58,402 nt of DNA, filler included, from Sphacelaria rigidula (GCA_964200075.2; 10 parts of 10 records of this genome joined end to end with filler, not necessarily neighbours in it), one strand, 5' to 3'; positions 11,951-25,401 are shown, counted from the whole stretch's first letter. Translations and numbers: made by a program. The notes: generated by a model not told the origin, from the sequence alone.

Positions 11951-13400
11951 CTCGAGCACAGCTCTGTACGGATCTTGTAGCCAGTGCTGTTCTTCCTGCA
12001 GAATCCAACCACTCGCAACAAAAAGCTTGTGGTGGACAATGCGCGGACTGCCGAAATCCTCGGAACGCAGGGTTCATGTAGCACATCCTTGCAACAGAGC
12101 TTCCATCACCCCCGCTTTGAGCAGCCGGGTTCTCAAAGATAGATAGCGGGGCGTTGGGTCGATTGCAGAGTTGGGAACTTTACGTTTGGAGACGTGCCGA
12201 CGCCGCGCTGATGCGGTGGTTGATTTCGATGGCAAGTTTCGCATACGCGCTGACAGCACCAAGGTAAGCAAACTAGGCCCTCTGCATATACCGTTGACCG
12301 GCCGTGCTCATGTGCAGGATGGTCCCTGAGGAGGTGGGTACTGACCACAGGCGCATCGACTCCGTCTTACTCCCCGATATCGTCAAATCGAATCTCTGAG
12401 AGGCCACCAGTGCCACGACCATCATTCTAGCAAGCCCGTGGGGGAACCTTCAGACTACGCTGGCGTCATCCGCATACAGCATTGCCCACGCCGCGCGCGG
12501 CACCTTCTCCAGCGGTATCTTTTCTACAAGTTCACCATCGTCACCCTTTGGCGTTTCATCTAGAAATACGAAGTCTGAGACGATGGCTGGGTTCGCCGCG
12601 AACCGCTGCACGATCACGTCGACCAAAGCTGCGCCTAAGATATTGAACTTCAGCGAGGATGAAACGTACCCTTGTCTGAGCTCCTCGCATACGTGGAACC
12701 GCCCTGATTGTTTCTCATCTAGCCGTACCCGAGCTTGCATGCCGTCGTGAAAAATACGGATTGCCGTGATCACTCGCGGCGGGACTCCGACCCGGGCAAG
12801 CGATACCCACAGAAGCGCGCGGTCTACGGAATTGTAGGCCATATGCAGGTCGATGAAGTACATGTTTAGTGGGCCATTGCTCGCCCGTCCCAACTCCTGT
12901 AGTCGGCGTACCATGATTATTATGTCCGTGGCCGATCATTGGCGTCGAAATTCGCACTGCTCATACGGGAAAATCCCCACCTCCTTGCGGATATTACCGA
13001 GCCTGATGGCTTCGAGTTTACGGGGATTGTTACCAGCGTGTGTCACGAATGATATGCCCCTGTAGTTACCACACGCGGTCCTATCCATCTCGTGTGTGAC
13101 CCTTTAATAGTGGCATGCTGCGACCTTTGCGGCACCTCGCTAAATGTCTAAACCACAGCGATGGTGCTGCGGAAGTGGCACAGAACCTCTGGAGCCTCCC
13201 CGCTTAATCCAAGCCTCCGAGGTTCAGCAGGTAAATGATCCGAACCCGTTGCTTTGCCGTTCGCCATGGTTCTCAGAGCCTTCTCGGTTTCACTTGGGCT
13301 TGGTGGGTCGCCGAGAGACAATGCCCTCGGTCCCCACGCAATGTTCTCGATGACGGCTCGGTTTATCGTTGCCGGTATAAACTTCAACAAGGTGCAAAAC
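11950..13400 (-). pseudogene. Degenerate RTE-like non-LTR retrotransposon ORF2 (reverse transcriptase)
   Basis: Minus-strand fragments: ETEKALRTMANGKATGSDHLPAE, CGNYRGIS, EQCEFR, MVRRLQELGR..FIDLHMAYNSVDRALLW, LRQG, MLYADDA, RLLKAGVMEALLQGC. These are broken by stops and frameshifts. Confidence 0.92.
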
Positions 13401-16400
13401 TAGCGTTTCCCCCTCTCACAGCTCGAGACTTTGTCTCGCAGTATGTTCTCGTCTCCGTCTCTGATGCACTGCTCGCTCATTACTTGTAGTTCCGCCTATC
13501 TCCACCCTCCTTTCAGGTGTCGATACCGTCCTCTCATGCCCCCACTTCGGATATACCCACCCAACTCTCTAGCATAAACAGCAAGATACCTGTTCACACA
13601 AGCGTGGATCGCCTCTTTACATTTCCTGCATGCTTCTCGCGATGCGCGCCATGCGGGTTATCTAACAACTGTTTCTTAACCACAACTATCGGGCTTCTCC
13701 TGCTGATTTGATAATCCAAGGTCCAGGGGGTGTCATATGGGCCGAACGCTCATGAGGCACTCTGCTACTGCTTTTCTCTGCCTCAGCACTGCAACTTTGT
13801 CCGCCATACCTCATCTCACCACACATCGCATCATGATGTGTCTGTGGCCATGCACCCGTAATCATAACCCACAGTCTATTGGTGGCGACGAGCTACTCAG
13901 CAGCACAACTCTTAGATCTTCGAGGCCATTCTGGCGACGGCCCTTGAGATGAAAATATTTGCCTGGTCGAGCGCTGCCGTTTGTCTTCGGCCGGGCCTGG
14001 ACTTGTATATCACCCGTTGTTGCACGTACTGGCTTACACCCACGAGATGATCACCCAAGAATCCTTTCCACAGTGTGATCACCACCTCCATTGACCCAAC
14101 CCACCTACTGTTGATCCGGGTCCCTCATCCGGGACTCGTCATCCCGGCCCTGTCAGCCCCGGGACTGTTATTCTCCAATTTTCAGTCCGGGCCATGACCA
14201 TGCTCCTCACCCTGGGCATGAACACCCAACGCCCACAATCAGTCACTATATCTCCTGTCGTAAGCACTGCCTCTGCCAGGTTCACCAACTCTAAGCCGAC
14301 GTCGTATTCCCACGCGCTCCGTACACCCTACACCGAGTGAGAAACCATAGTCTACACATCCACTGTCCTGGGTTATATATGGACCGCACTTATCGTCCAC
14401 GCGTACTGTCCACGATAAAAGCCGAGAATAAGGATGCTGAAAGGAACCACGTGCCACCTACAATCCGAAGTGCTATTAGGGGTAGGTGGTGTCTCGTGCT
14501 AGTGATGTGGTCTGGCATCCAAGCTCAAACCTCGTTGCGTAGTACTTTTAGTTGTTAGATCTGTCCAATAGTAATAACTGCATAAAAATGTGTTCTCACC
14601 CTCGTCGTCACCCCTGCCCATGTGTTTGTCGCTGTTACCCACAACGTGTTCAACTGCATGGTGCATGTTTCTATTGTGTTTTTGCGTTGTCTTGTCCTGG
14701 GCAGACAGTTGCTGTCGTTGCGTGAACTGGGCGTGTCCGTCATTCCTCCTGCATCGAAGCGGTTGGCGTGCGGAGATGAAGGTGCGGTCAAGATGATGAT
14801 ATCACCACGTCATCGCCTCGTGCCATCGAACGCCGTTGTCTTTGTTTGTTTGTTTGATTGATTGGTTGCCGCACTTTAACTGACCCCCCAGAGGTCCAGC
14901 CGTGGTCTCATAATAGACGTTCCCAAGAAAAACGAAACTGAAACACGCTCTAAGGAAAAAAAGAAAAAAGAAAAAAGAAGAAAAGAAGAGAGAGGGGGTC
15001 GAACAGAACGACACAGCAGACTAAGTTGTGACAAAAAAAGTAACAAATAGTCAACACAAGCAAAGCACAGAAAAAAAACCTCGTGTGCATATTAACCGTC
15101 TAACTCTACTGGGCGGCAGGGAGTAAACGAGACGATTGTCCCACTGCATTTCCACCTGACGTTGGGTGGTCCCGGTACGTGAATAATGTGTGGTTTGGGA
15201 GTCATTCTGCACCTGTTTCACGTTTCGTTGGGGAGCGACATCACCGACCTGCGCTCGACCGGGCGAGGTTCTGTTCGCGCCTGTTTCCCGAGCTTTTCGG
15301 CATTTCTGAACAGTGAAGAAAGACTGAATTGTTTGAGGCGACGAAAAACAGTGAAACCTTGTCCGTGTGTGGTACGAGGAAAAGTGGCATGATGATCACT
15401 TCGGTTATCACATCAAATTGTTCAATCGCTCCCGTTGTGTGTGTATTTCTGATTTCTGCACATGTTTTCCTGTGGAGGGCGTCAAGACAAAACTATGAAG
15501 ATATTGTTTCATGACTGCACTGCATATGTGCATACGTTTGTACCGCGTGCGTGCATTCCTTGTATTGTACGATGCGACGCGGATATCCCCCGTCTATTCC
15601 CAAGGGGTGTCAGCATGATGTAGGCGCTTGGAGTGAGCAGTTCATGAACATTTTTGATTATCTCGTATGAAAAAATTAAGCACGCCACGAGTCGTGCACG
15701 TTTTAAGTGAAGCTTCCTGTTCTACCCCCAACCCATACCACGCACGCACTGCACGTAGGGTGGGGAGCCTTGGCAGACGTGCACGAGATAAATTCGACGG
15801 TCAAGCGATACTTCGAGGTGTAGCATGGCGTGCGGTATCGACATCTTCACGATATGTAACTGTTGCGGCGCAATATGTTTGGAAGCTATACGCACTACTG
15901 GGGCGGGGACAGGGGTGGGAGGGGTGGGAGGGGGGCGTCCGAGGTTGTGCTTTGGGTTGCATTTTTCCGTTTCGAGGAACCGCTGGAGGTCCTCAAAGGC
16001 TGCTGACGTCATTGCGATCCAGTGGTACATACACGGTTTGGTACATCACACCATCTCTGAACTGAATATCCAGAACAACAAAAGCCGAAACCAATAGGAA
16101 CTAACGAGAAGTGGGGCCTGGTTGTGCTCACGAAGAATACACAGAAAAACTCGACACACACTCCTCCCCCAAATTACGTGTGCGTGACGCGCCATTTCTC
16201 TATGACGCACCATTTTTATATGACGCGCTATGATGATGCCCATGACGGAACTATCATACGTCAACTCTAGAAATAATCTGATACCCCGCCATATGTAGCC
16301 AATCATTGTTCACTTCAACAGTACCTCCATTCGGTCATCTGTACCCGATCCCTGATCCGAGGTACAACTCTTTCAGGGGTCGGACGAACTCATGATTCGT

Positions 16401-18239
16401 CTGAAAATTACTTGATTTTTAGTATACTTGTTTCGTCCCGTACGAATACTCCTTAGACTTTGTTTCCAGCGTTGTAAACCAGGTAGGCCGGCCCAGACAC
16501 GTGGAATGGCGCAAAAATTGCGTGGAAGCCTTTTTTACCAGCGGTCGACTTTTACTCTCTTTCGAGCAATCAGGGAAAAATCGTGGATTTGGTGATTTGA
16601 ACCGGCCATGATTCGTCCGAACCGTGCAACCCTTGACTTTAGGATAAACATCTACGGAACAATTAGTGCGGGAAAAATCGATCATCCTCCCTGCTCGTAG
16701 CTTATTCCTCACAGTTCATCCTGAAAGCAAAACATCTCACACTAAAGTCCTTCCAAATGTCAAGAAATCAGTATCAAAATTACGTATATCTCCACACAGT
16801 GAAACCAACGTCTCGAACGGGAAGTTGAAGTCCCTTCACAAATTCCAATTCTCCTCGATCTCACTTATTCGCCCCCCTTTAAAATCACTAAGGCAAGCAA
16901 CAAATGAGTACGCTCCCCCTTTAAAATCAACCAAATGTCACAAGTTCAAACACATGTGAGAAATCGTCATTACCTCCCCTTTTTTCCTTTGAAACCCTTA
17001 GGGCTGAAAGGGCTTCTGCTGAACCAAAATTAAAAACGTGTTCGTCCGTCCGTCCGTCCGAGCCTCATTATGAAGCTCCAAACCGCGCACGGTTTTTTCC
17101 TGAATTGATCCGAAGCCGCGCTGCGCGAATAAACCATTCCATCGCTCTACTGACATCAATCGAGACGCCCTCAATAGGTTTCAGCTTAATTGGTGCTCAT
17201 GGCGTTGTGTTTAGCTGCTGTCTCTGGGCGCACACCATGACACCCCCGTTTCGACCCCTTTTGACCAGAGTGAGTCTTGATCGAACTTCTCAGACTTGAC
17301 TGTCGCAACTTGAAAGGAGGCACCTTTGTAGGTCGGAGGCATCACGCGCAGCAACCGGCTCTCCGAATCACTTAAAACATTCTCAAGAAGGTTCAGCTTC
17401 ATTGCTGCTTTCTTCTTTGTCTTCGCTTGTGCGTGCCGACGCCGTCCGTGGCNNNNNNNNNNNNNNNNNNNNNNNNNNNNNNNNNNNNNNNNNNNNTTAA
17501 TTAATTAANNNNNNNNNNNNNNNNNNNNNNNNNNNNNNNNNNNNNNNNNNNNTTGTTGCGTTCACCCCGCCGGAAAAAAAAAAAAACGCACTCCGACACG
17601 CTATCGCTCAACGATATCAGACCCACCCTGTACTCTATGCCGTACAATAACGTCATCGGCAATACGAAGCCAATGGAACAGCGACGCAGGCCTTTGTCAT
17701 CAGGTGGATCTGCAGTTCACAGTGATATGGTTGCTTCGGGTTCATTCGGGAAAGAGGGGAAGCTGTGGTGTGAGCAACTTCTAGCAGCTTTTAGCTGGCC
17801 CAGCTCGTAGTACATCTTGTTTGAGCGTGGTCGTCGTTTCGAGTGACGCGTGTAATTATGATTGATACTAATTGGTTCATTTAGGTTTCATTTCTTCAGC
17901 ATTCAACTGAGTGTGTAGTTGGTCGGTCCATTCTCCCGATATATAGTGCTCAAAATCGGGCCCCATTCGGGGGCCGACTACAACTGTTTTGTACAGAGTG
18001 GAGCATAATAAAGGCACAGCAGCTCAGACAATCCAGCGGAGACCAAACCGCCTTCGCAAGGTCTAACACACCAAAGTACATTGACAGCTACAGTACATGA
18101 GGGAGGGCAACGAGTGTCTTCACGCTGCAGTAGAGTGCAGTAAAACGTGATGTTCCGTACAGTATATATTAGTTCCTGAGCCTGCGATAGCTTTCAACGG
18201 GCCCTCACAATCTGGCTATTAATAAGTGTTCAAAATCGT

Positions 18240-18356
18240 CATTATCCACAGCCTGGACAATAGAATACACAGTCAGAAGGTGTACTGTGTATAGTATCGA
18301 CTATTGCGCCTATTGCAACAGACAATAGATTCCATACTGTACGCAGTACATTTTTT
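18240..18356. repeat. Interspersed repeat; reverse-complement copies at ~44315-44392 and ~54895-55000
   Basis: The core gtatcgactattgcgcctattgcaacagacaatagattccatactgtacgcagtaca is found in three contigs. Confidence 0.75.
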
Positions 18357-19538
18357 TACAATAGAACATTTTGTCCAGGGTGTGAAATTGTCAAGCTTGA
18401 GAGCCCATTCAAAAAGTTGGGGGTCGCTTTTGTTTGAAATCGTCGCGATTTTGTTCCATACGAGGGTTTTTTCACCAGTCGTTCAATTTTTTTCAAGCGA
18501 AATGAGAACGGATCCGGAAGAGCTGGCTCAAGCTTTCGCATTCTTGTCTTCTGTGCGCGCGCAAATAATTGTAAATAAAAGCTGAAACCAGCTAAGAACA
18601 TAAATAACCCGTGGACCTATCAGATAAAAAAAAATCTTTACCGCCGCACTTTTTCGATCGACTGTTCCGTGATTGAAGACACTCCCTCTTTTTTCACTCA
18701 AACTGCCGCCAAAAGTTGCGTGCAGTACTTCGATGCCCACGGGAGGCAGCTCGAGTGAAAATAAGATCACACAAAAAACGTACCCACTTCCTCAGTACTA
18801 CATGCTGTCTGTGATACACGCGTTGGGTACAGACCCGTATTATCTGCATTGCCATCACATCGCACAAACCTTGCACCGCACCGTACTGTGCAGTAACACC
18901 CGGGCATGGTACAGGGCGGGACTGTCAAAGCTTTTGCCTGCAAGCCACGAACAAGAACTCACCGACTTCAGAATTGAAATTTACCGTATTGGTACCGCCC
19001 TCACAATCACAGGTGGGGGGAAATGCCAAAATATAAAAAAACTACTTCATCGGAATGGGGATGGGGAGTAAAAACATTTTGTGCTGTGATGATATCCAAA
19101 AACGGGACAACAGACAATCAGTAAACCTGCGCGGAACAACCCACCGCATCAAAACCAGCAGCAACGATAACAACAAACGCATCACCACCAGCACCAGCGG
19201 TACCAATGCAATAACAGCAACAGAGTCTGTGGGCACCTCTTGTAGTCGCGGCGTAGGTTCCAAATGCGGCGCAGTCTCTCGGCTATTCTTGGTGCCGGCA
19301 CGGGTGAGATAGCCTTGGGAGTGCAGGACATGGGCATTCTTGAGCACGAGAATGACCGCAATTATACTTATGCACACGAACGCCAAGGCTTTCTCACGAC
19401 CCATGATATTGCAGAGCCACAAGTATCGCCAACATCACCCGCGAATGCCTGCAACACTGCACGTACACAGGAGGAAACAGGGAAGCTAACCCGCAACACA
19501 ACCGAACCCTGTTGAGGCAAGAAAGACCGACCCAAACC

Positions 19539-19950
19539 GAGAAAAAGATGTACCCCTTGCAAATTGTCATACTACACGTGGAAAACGACGATAGAACCCA
19601 GCTGTCATTCCGCTCAGCACAAACGAATTCAACTCGCCCTACCTTTTTTGGCCCGGGCCAGCGTTGGGTGTAGATGAAGATGATCTATTTAAGCCTTTCA
19701 ACAAACTCCTAGAGATTTACTCAGTCCTGCCGTATAGTTCCACATGAAAAGCCCGAACGAGGAGAAAGATGTACATATTTCAAAACTGTCATACTACATC
19801 TGGAAAACGACGATAGAACTCAACTGTTGCTTCGCCCAGCACACCGACTGAAATCGCCGCGCACTTGTGGTCCGAGCCCGGTGGCGTTGGCTGTAGAGCA
19901 GGATTGACCATATATCGGTTGCGAAAAACTTCTGTAGATTTTTCTAGGGG
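19539..19950 (+). repeat. Diverged tandem duplication, unit ~220 bp
   Basis: gagaaa(aa)gatgtac...tgtcatactaca..tggaaaacgacgatagaac...gcgttgg.tgtaga occurs twice in direct orientation (~19539 and ~19761). Confidence 0.75.
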
Positions 19951-20212
19951 TGGTACATCCGTTCGAAGGCGGTAGAGCTGCAACAATAGCAATCAATATA
20001 GCTTACGAGAAGCGACGAAATCAGTCAAGCTGAGTTCCGCTGTGGGTGTGTATGTACTGACACGGAAACGTGCCAAGACAGGACGGGGGGGGGGGGAGGC
20101 GGCCGGGCGGGGGGCACTTGTGCGAGCAAGCTAGCTTACTTCAAGCAGTCAAGTACATACATTTAAATTGAAGCAAAGTAGGAGGGAAGGCGAGAGGGTA
20201 TTTTAATCACCA

Positions 20213-21052
20213 ATGGTGGCGCCTCATGGTCACTCCGCAGCAACCTCCCGTGCGGGTGAAAGCGGAGAAGGAGCGACAGCAGCAACGCTGCTTTCCAACC
20301 AGGTTCAAGATCAGCAACAACAACGACAGGAGCAACAACGACGGCAATATTCCAACGACATTGACAATGGCAACGTATACACCGCCTCAACTAACAGTAC
20401 GGTAGGTGCAGCAAGAAGATCGACCGGTAGCGACGGCGACGCGGACACTGGCAGACGATGGACAACTCAACCCGAAGCCGTAGAGGCACCATCTCGCAGA
20501 ATTTTGACCTTGAGCAATAATCCTGATGGTGGCGCCCAACAATCCGCCGCCGCCGCCATGGGCCGGGGAGGGGAGGGGGGGCATGAGAATCAAAGCTATC
20601 GCCAGGAGCTGAGGCAGCCGTTGGTCGAACGACAAGACTACCATTCTCGCCATCACGGTGGCGGCATAATAAATCCACAATCATCAACAAACCGCGACAA
20701 CAGACACCAAGGCGGCGACGGGGGAACAGCAGAGGCACCTGTCAGCTACAACGAGTCATTGGAGGAGGCTGCACGGACCGGGCCGTCCGGGCAAGAGCAA
20801 CAGATCGAGCGGCGGAGGGCGGTGGCGGCGGCGATGGCAGCAGCAATTGGTGGGCCGGGGCGGAGTGCGACAGGAGGAGAGGAGAGAGACGGCAGCAGCA
20901 AGGATGTTATTGAGACGTGGAGACTGGGGTTGCAGGTCGGCGCGGAGCTAGACGTGAAGGACACGGTGGACCTATGGTGCGAGGCGACTGTGCAAGGCGT
21001 CGATCGGGAGGCTGAGCGGGTTTTTATTCACTACACCTACTGGGCGCCACGG
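20213..21052 (+). CDS. First coding exon of a Tudor/Tudor-knot-like domain protein with a long low-complexity N-terminus; rest of gene not found
   Basis: ATG-initiated 280-codon open frame ending at a GTATG donor. The C-terminal WRLGLQVGAELDVKDTVDLWCEATVQGVDREAERVFIHYTYW matches the Royal-family (Tudor/MBT/Agenet-like) pattern. Confidence 0.75.
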
Positions 21053-23499
21053 GTATGTCTGCGTGTGCCGCCTTTGCTTGCTGTGCTTTTTATTTAAGAG
21101 ATACAACACAAGGTTGTGGAATGTTAGCGTGCACACTGCACGACGCAGTACTGCAGCACCGCACTGTTCACGTGAACGTTTTCCCACTGCAGTGCAAGCT
21201 CACCTACTCCCGGAAAAGTAAGCAGATATTCCTGACCAATTGAGCGCCGGGCCTCGTTTCGGTACAACATTTCAACTGACAGTCCCGCGAGATACGTGCA
21301 ACCATTTCACTGCAGATTTGAGCAACGTGCAGTGAAGACAGTGCAAACCTGTACTGTACTGTCTGCACGGGACTTAGGTGATTGTTTGCATACAGCAATA
21401 CAGCGGTCTGCTGACGATAGACGTAAGCACTGGGTACATGCGGCTGTGCGAAGGAGATGATGAATGATGTTGACCTCAAAACCGCCGGAGGTCATTGCTC
21501 GCCTGTGTTTTACTCGGGCGACGTGTTGTGCGACCAAGCTTCGACGGGGAACCACTGACGGTTGCCCTTGGGGAATAGAGCACAAGCAACCGCGTGGTGT
21601 TCTCCGCCATTGCTCTTATTCACTTGAAATTGAACTGGGGACTGCCATTAAGCGCTCGCGCACATAAGCGCTCGCGCACAAGCCCGCGGGTTCACTGTCT
21701 GCGCTTGACTCCTGCTTCGCTGCCGGGATTGTAAAAATGCCGTATTTGAATAGCAAGTAGCATGTCCTTATGCGATAATCTTGGTTTTGGCGTATACGTC
21801 CATATCGCTCACCAGCTCCCGATAACACCCCGTTCCGCAGATATTCGATGTCCTGAATCCCTGACTCACGTAATATAGCGTTTTCAATGTGGACAAAGTT
21901 GCCGCTTTTCACGCTTTTTTCAAGTGTCTATGTAGGGTTGACACGAGGGCTCCGGCGGCAGAAGGGTTATCCAAGGTTTTCCCCCGCCCAGAGTTGGAGT
22001 TGTGTGTCGAAACGTTTACACCCATGTTTAGTTAGTCTGTTGGTCACCTTTTGGTTCATGTCTCAGATACCGAGATATTCGAGTGTTTCGTTGGTCATTT
22101 TCGACGATAGTGGACGCTGAGGAACTTGGACCCAGAGGACAATGTTCATATATGAGTATGACGACTTGCGGTTGTTCGCACTATGGGTACAAAGATATGT
22201 GGAGGCTTCATCTTCCAATTCCAAAACTGGGCGGGGTAAAGGCAAGAAGGGCATAAAGCTTGATGTCGGAATAGTTTTATACATGACTGTAAGGTCCAAC
22301 GAAGAATACCCAAAGGGTCGTACATCTCGAATCTGGAGGCAAGTGAATTTGTTCAAGCCCCTTTCTTCACTCTCCCATTCCAGTTGGGTCTTATTTTCGT
22401 GAGCCCGTGCTAAATTCACTCACGATCAAAATCAGGGTCTTTATTGTGGTCATCAGATATACTACAATCGAGGATAGACTGCCATTCACCCTCTGTTCGG
22501 CGATTTCTGTGCTACGGCGGATATGGCTTGTCTCGAGAACAAAAAGAGCACTAGGTGATTCAAGCCATTGTGTTATGTTTGCATCATTACCAGCGTCACG
22601 TGGATACAAAATGTAGTATGTACCTCGTGACAAATCCCAAGGAAGGTACTGACGACAAAATTTCTTTCCCGGTGGGATTAGCTTACACAGCCCAACGATG
22701 ATAATCACTGTGAGGCCAACTCTTTTGCGCGGTGATTTGGGCCGAAAGAGTCAACTGCATAGCCTAACCACCTGCGATCACACCATCGGATGGTATTTCA
22801 TGGGGATGGGAATCTGGTCAGATAGACCCCCGAGACACAGGATCACTTGAGATTATTATTCCGATTTTTTCGTCGGCATGGACTCGATATTCCCTATTTC
22901 TTTCGGGCCTTCTGAATCTGGTGTATGGTCGTTAATGAGGCGTTTTTGTGCCATATTGACGGCTCTCTCGGAACATGAAAAAATAACGGTTCCGCCCCCA
23001 ACTTGACCACAGCTACCTGGGGTAGGGGGGATCTCAGCTAGGCCTTCATCCACCAGGACTAATTAAATTCGCAATATTTGACAACGCACGTGGTTGCCAT
23101 ATGACACGAAGTGCTGAGATATCACGAGACTATGACTGGAAAAAGGGAATACATGACGCAAATGTGACAACACCAAGCGTTTGTATGTGACGCAAATATA
23201 CAGGCTGGGCCAGCTGAGAGTGCTTTTTAAAGGGCAATGGCCTAGAAAAGGTATACCTTCTCGTTTTTTGCCTAAGAAAGGTACGAAAAATGGCCAGAAA
23301 CGNNNNNNNNNNNNNNNNNNNNNNNNNNNNNNNNNNNNNNNNNNNNTTAATTAATTAANNNNNNNNNNNNNNNNNNNNNNNNNNNNNNNNNNNNNNNNNN
23401 NNGGTGCCCCCTTCCGAACGGGGGGGGGGGTTAACGGTCACACGACTAAGGCAAGCATCAAAAGAGTACGCCCCCCCCCCCCCCCTCTACTTTATTACC

Positions 23500-25010
23500 A
23501 GATATGTGTCCGGAGGACAATCCGCTCCGCGGTGCGGACTGTTCTTCAAACCTTACGAAGTGGAGCGGAGCGGATATCCGAACGTGTAAACAAAGTATGA
23601 ATTTGAACGGAGCGGATACCCGTGATTGGGAAATGTCACAGATTATTGCGGGGGCGGGTATCCGGCCTTGATCACGTCACGGAGTGGAGCAGATTTTTCG
23701 AATATGGCACGGAGCGAAGCGCAGCAGACATCCGTTAGTGGGAAGAACCACGGATTGTCACGGGGCAGATATCCGCCCGCTACAAAAGATCGGATTACTG
23801 CGGAGCGTATGTCCATCCCACGGGTTTTGTCACGGAGCGGATTGTCCCCCTCCGTCAAACAAACCGGACGAACCGCGGCATTTCCCCACGGTGCACCGTG
23901 GCAATAATCCGTTAAAATGACACGGATATCCGCAAAAGTTGTATGTTTATCCGCGGATAAATACCAAAAATACAAAAGGAGTCGTTTTACAGAGACTTCC
24001 AGATGCTGGACAGGGGGACGACGGATCAAATGCTCCACATAAAACGTCCCGTCCCTTGTCGAACTTATGTACGTGTAGCCACACTCCTGGGGTTACCTTA
24101 GCACCAGCATCCACCGCCACATTGGCCACTGTACGTCGAACGCTTTCTGCGGTCTTGGCGTGAGGTGTGGGGCGTACTCATTTGTTGCTTGCCTTAGTCA
24201 TTTGACCATTGACCACCAGAGGTGTGGGGGTGGGCACAATAAAATCAGAAGAGTTCTTTTGTGGAGGAGAAGGAGAAGAAGCAGAACCGGGTGCGGAGGT
24301 GGACACCTCCACCTCAGCCTTTGAAGTAGGAGATTGCTCGGCACTGTGTTCGGTATTGAACTCAACTGCATCAACCAACCGAGGTCCGCGCAGCGCCGCC
24401 GTGGTTGGACTACGCTTTCCGGTTTGAGGCGCACGTATGTGTGTGTGTGTGTGTGTGTTTGTGTTTGGGTTTGTGTTTGTGTTTGTGTGTGTGTCGTGCC
24501 AACCGCGGTTCGCATGATTCGCAGCAGAATTTCATAACCGAATCCATGAATTGCATCATCCAGAACAACATGTTTCATACTTCGAATTCCAAATTATCCC
24601 GCACTCAGAACAACTTCGTACGTGGACATCCGTGGCCTTTCAGCGGTTCGCTCCGTACGTAATGCTACTGAAAACGCACGGATGAGCTGCGGAGTGAATA
24701 GAACCGCTCCGCAGAAAACCCGCGTCTCACGGTTCCAACGGCACAGCTGTAATCCTCGCGGAGCGAAGCAGTTTGTTTTTATTGTCACGGAGCGGAGCGG
24801 ATATCCGTACATCGAAAAACTCACGGATTGTTGCGGAGCGGATATCCGGCCTTGAATATGTCACGGAGCGGAGGGGAGTTTTCGAATGTGTTACGGAGCG
24901 GAGCGGATATCCGCTTGTGAGAAATGTCACGGATTCTCACGCAGCGAATATCCGCCCCCTACACATGTCACGGAGCGGTGCGATTTGACAAATCGCACCG
25001 TAATAATCCG
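23500..25010 (+). repeat. Two blocks (~23500-23960, ~24620-25010) of a degenerate gtcacggagcggagcggatatccg repeat, probably transposon subterminal repeats
   Basis: Many imperfect copies of the motif in the same orientation. The blocks are separated by a LINE-end insertion and a (GT)n tract at 24437-24493. Confidence 0.7.
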
Positions 25011-25218
25011 CTGGTTATTACCCCCTCACGCTCACCATATATGTTGAGCTTTCGTCACATGATAACCTCCGAGCAAGGCTTCACGAAAGCAAAGTGCAAG
25101 GCTTCGTGTGGGAGCAAGGGCAACGATGCGCTTTAGATCCTCAGAAGACCGCCAAGATGATGATGTTCACTTGTCTTCTGTTTGTCCGCCAACACGACAT
25201 CCTGTGTACTGTGTGACC

Positions 25219-25401
25219 GGACCGCGTCGCTTAAAGGATCGCGCCGTAGTTCAAAACACCTCAGGATCGCCGTTTTTCAGAACCAATCGGGCCAGTCCCT
25301 GTAAGTACCATGCCCCTGACCATAACCCTAACATTAACCCTGACCCTAACCCTAACCATAGGGGTGTTCAAATTCCGAGCGGTCCTCTAAGCACGCGGTC
25401 C
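25219..25401. mobile_element. MITE enclosing degenerate (CCCTAA)n
   Basis: Imperfect TIRs ggaccgcgtcgcttaaaggatcgc / gcggtcctctaagcacgcggtcc surround cctgaccataaccctaacattaaccctgaccctaaccctaacc. Confidence 0.65.

Noticed and set aside
17325..17452. Possible minus-strand exon HGRRRHAQAKTKKKAAMKLNLLENVLSDSESRLLRVMPPTYK
   Set aside because: It looks coding, but it is truncated by the contig end, has no recognisable domain and I found no partner exon.
23500..25010. CRISPR-like array of cggagcggagcggatatccg repeats
   Set aside because: Repeats are degenerate with irregular, related spacers, there are no cas genes and the context is eukaryotic.
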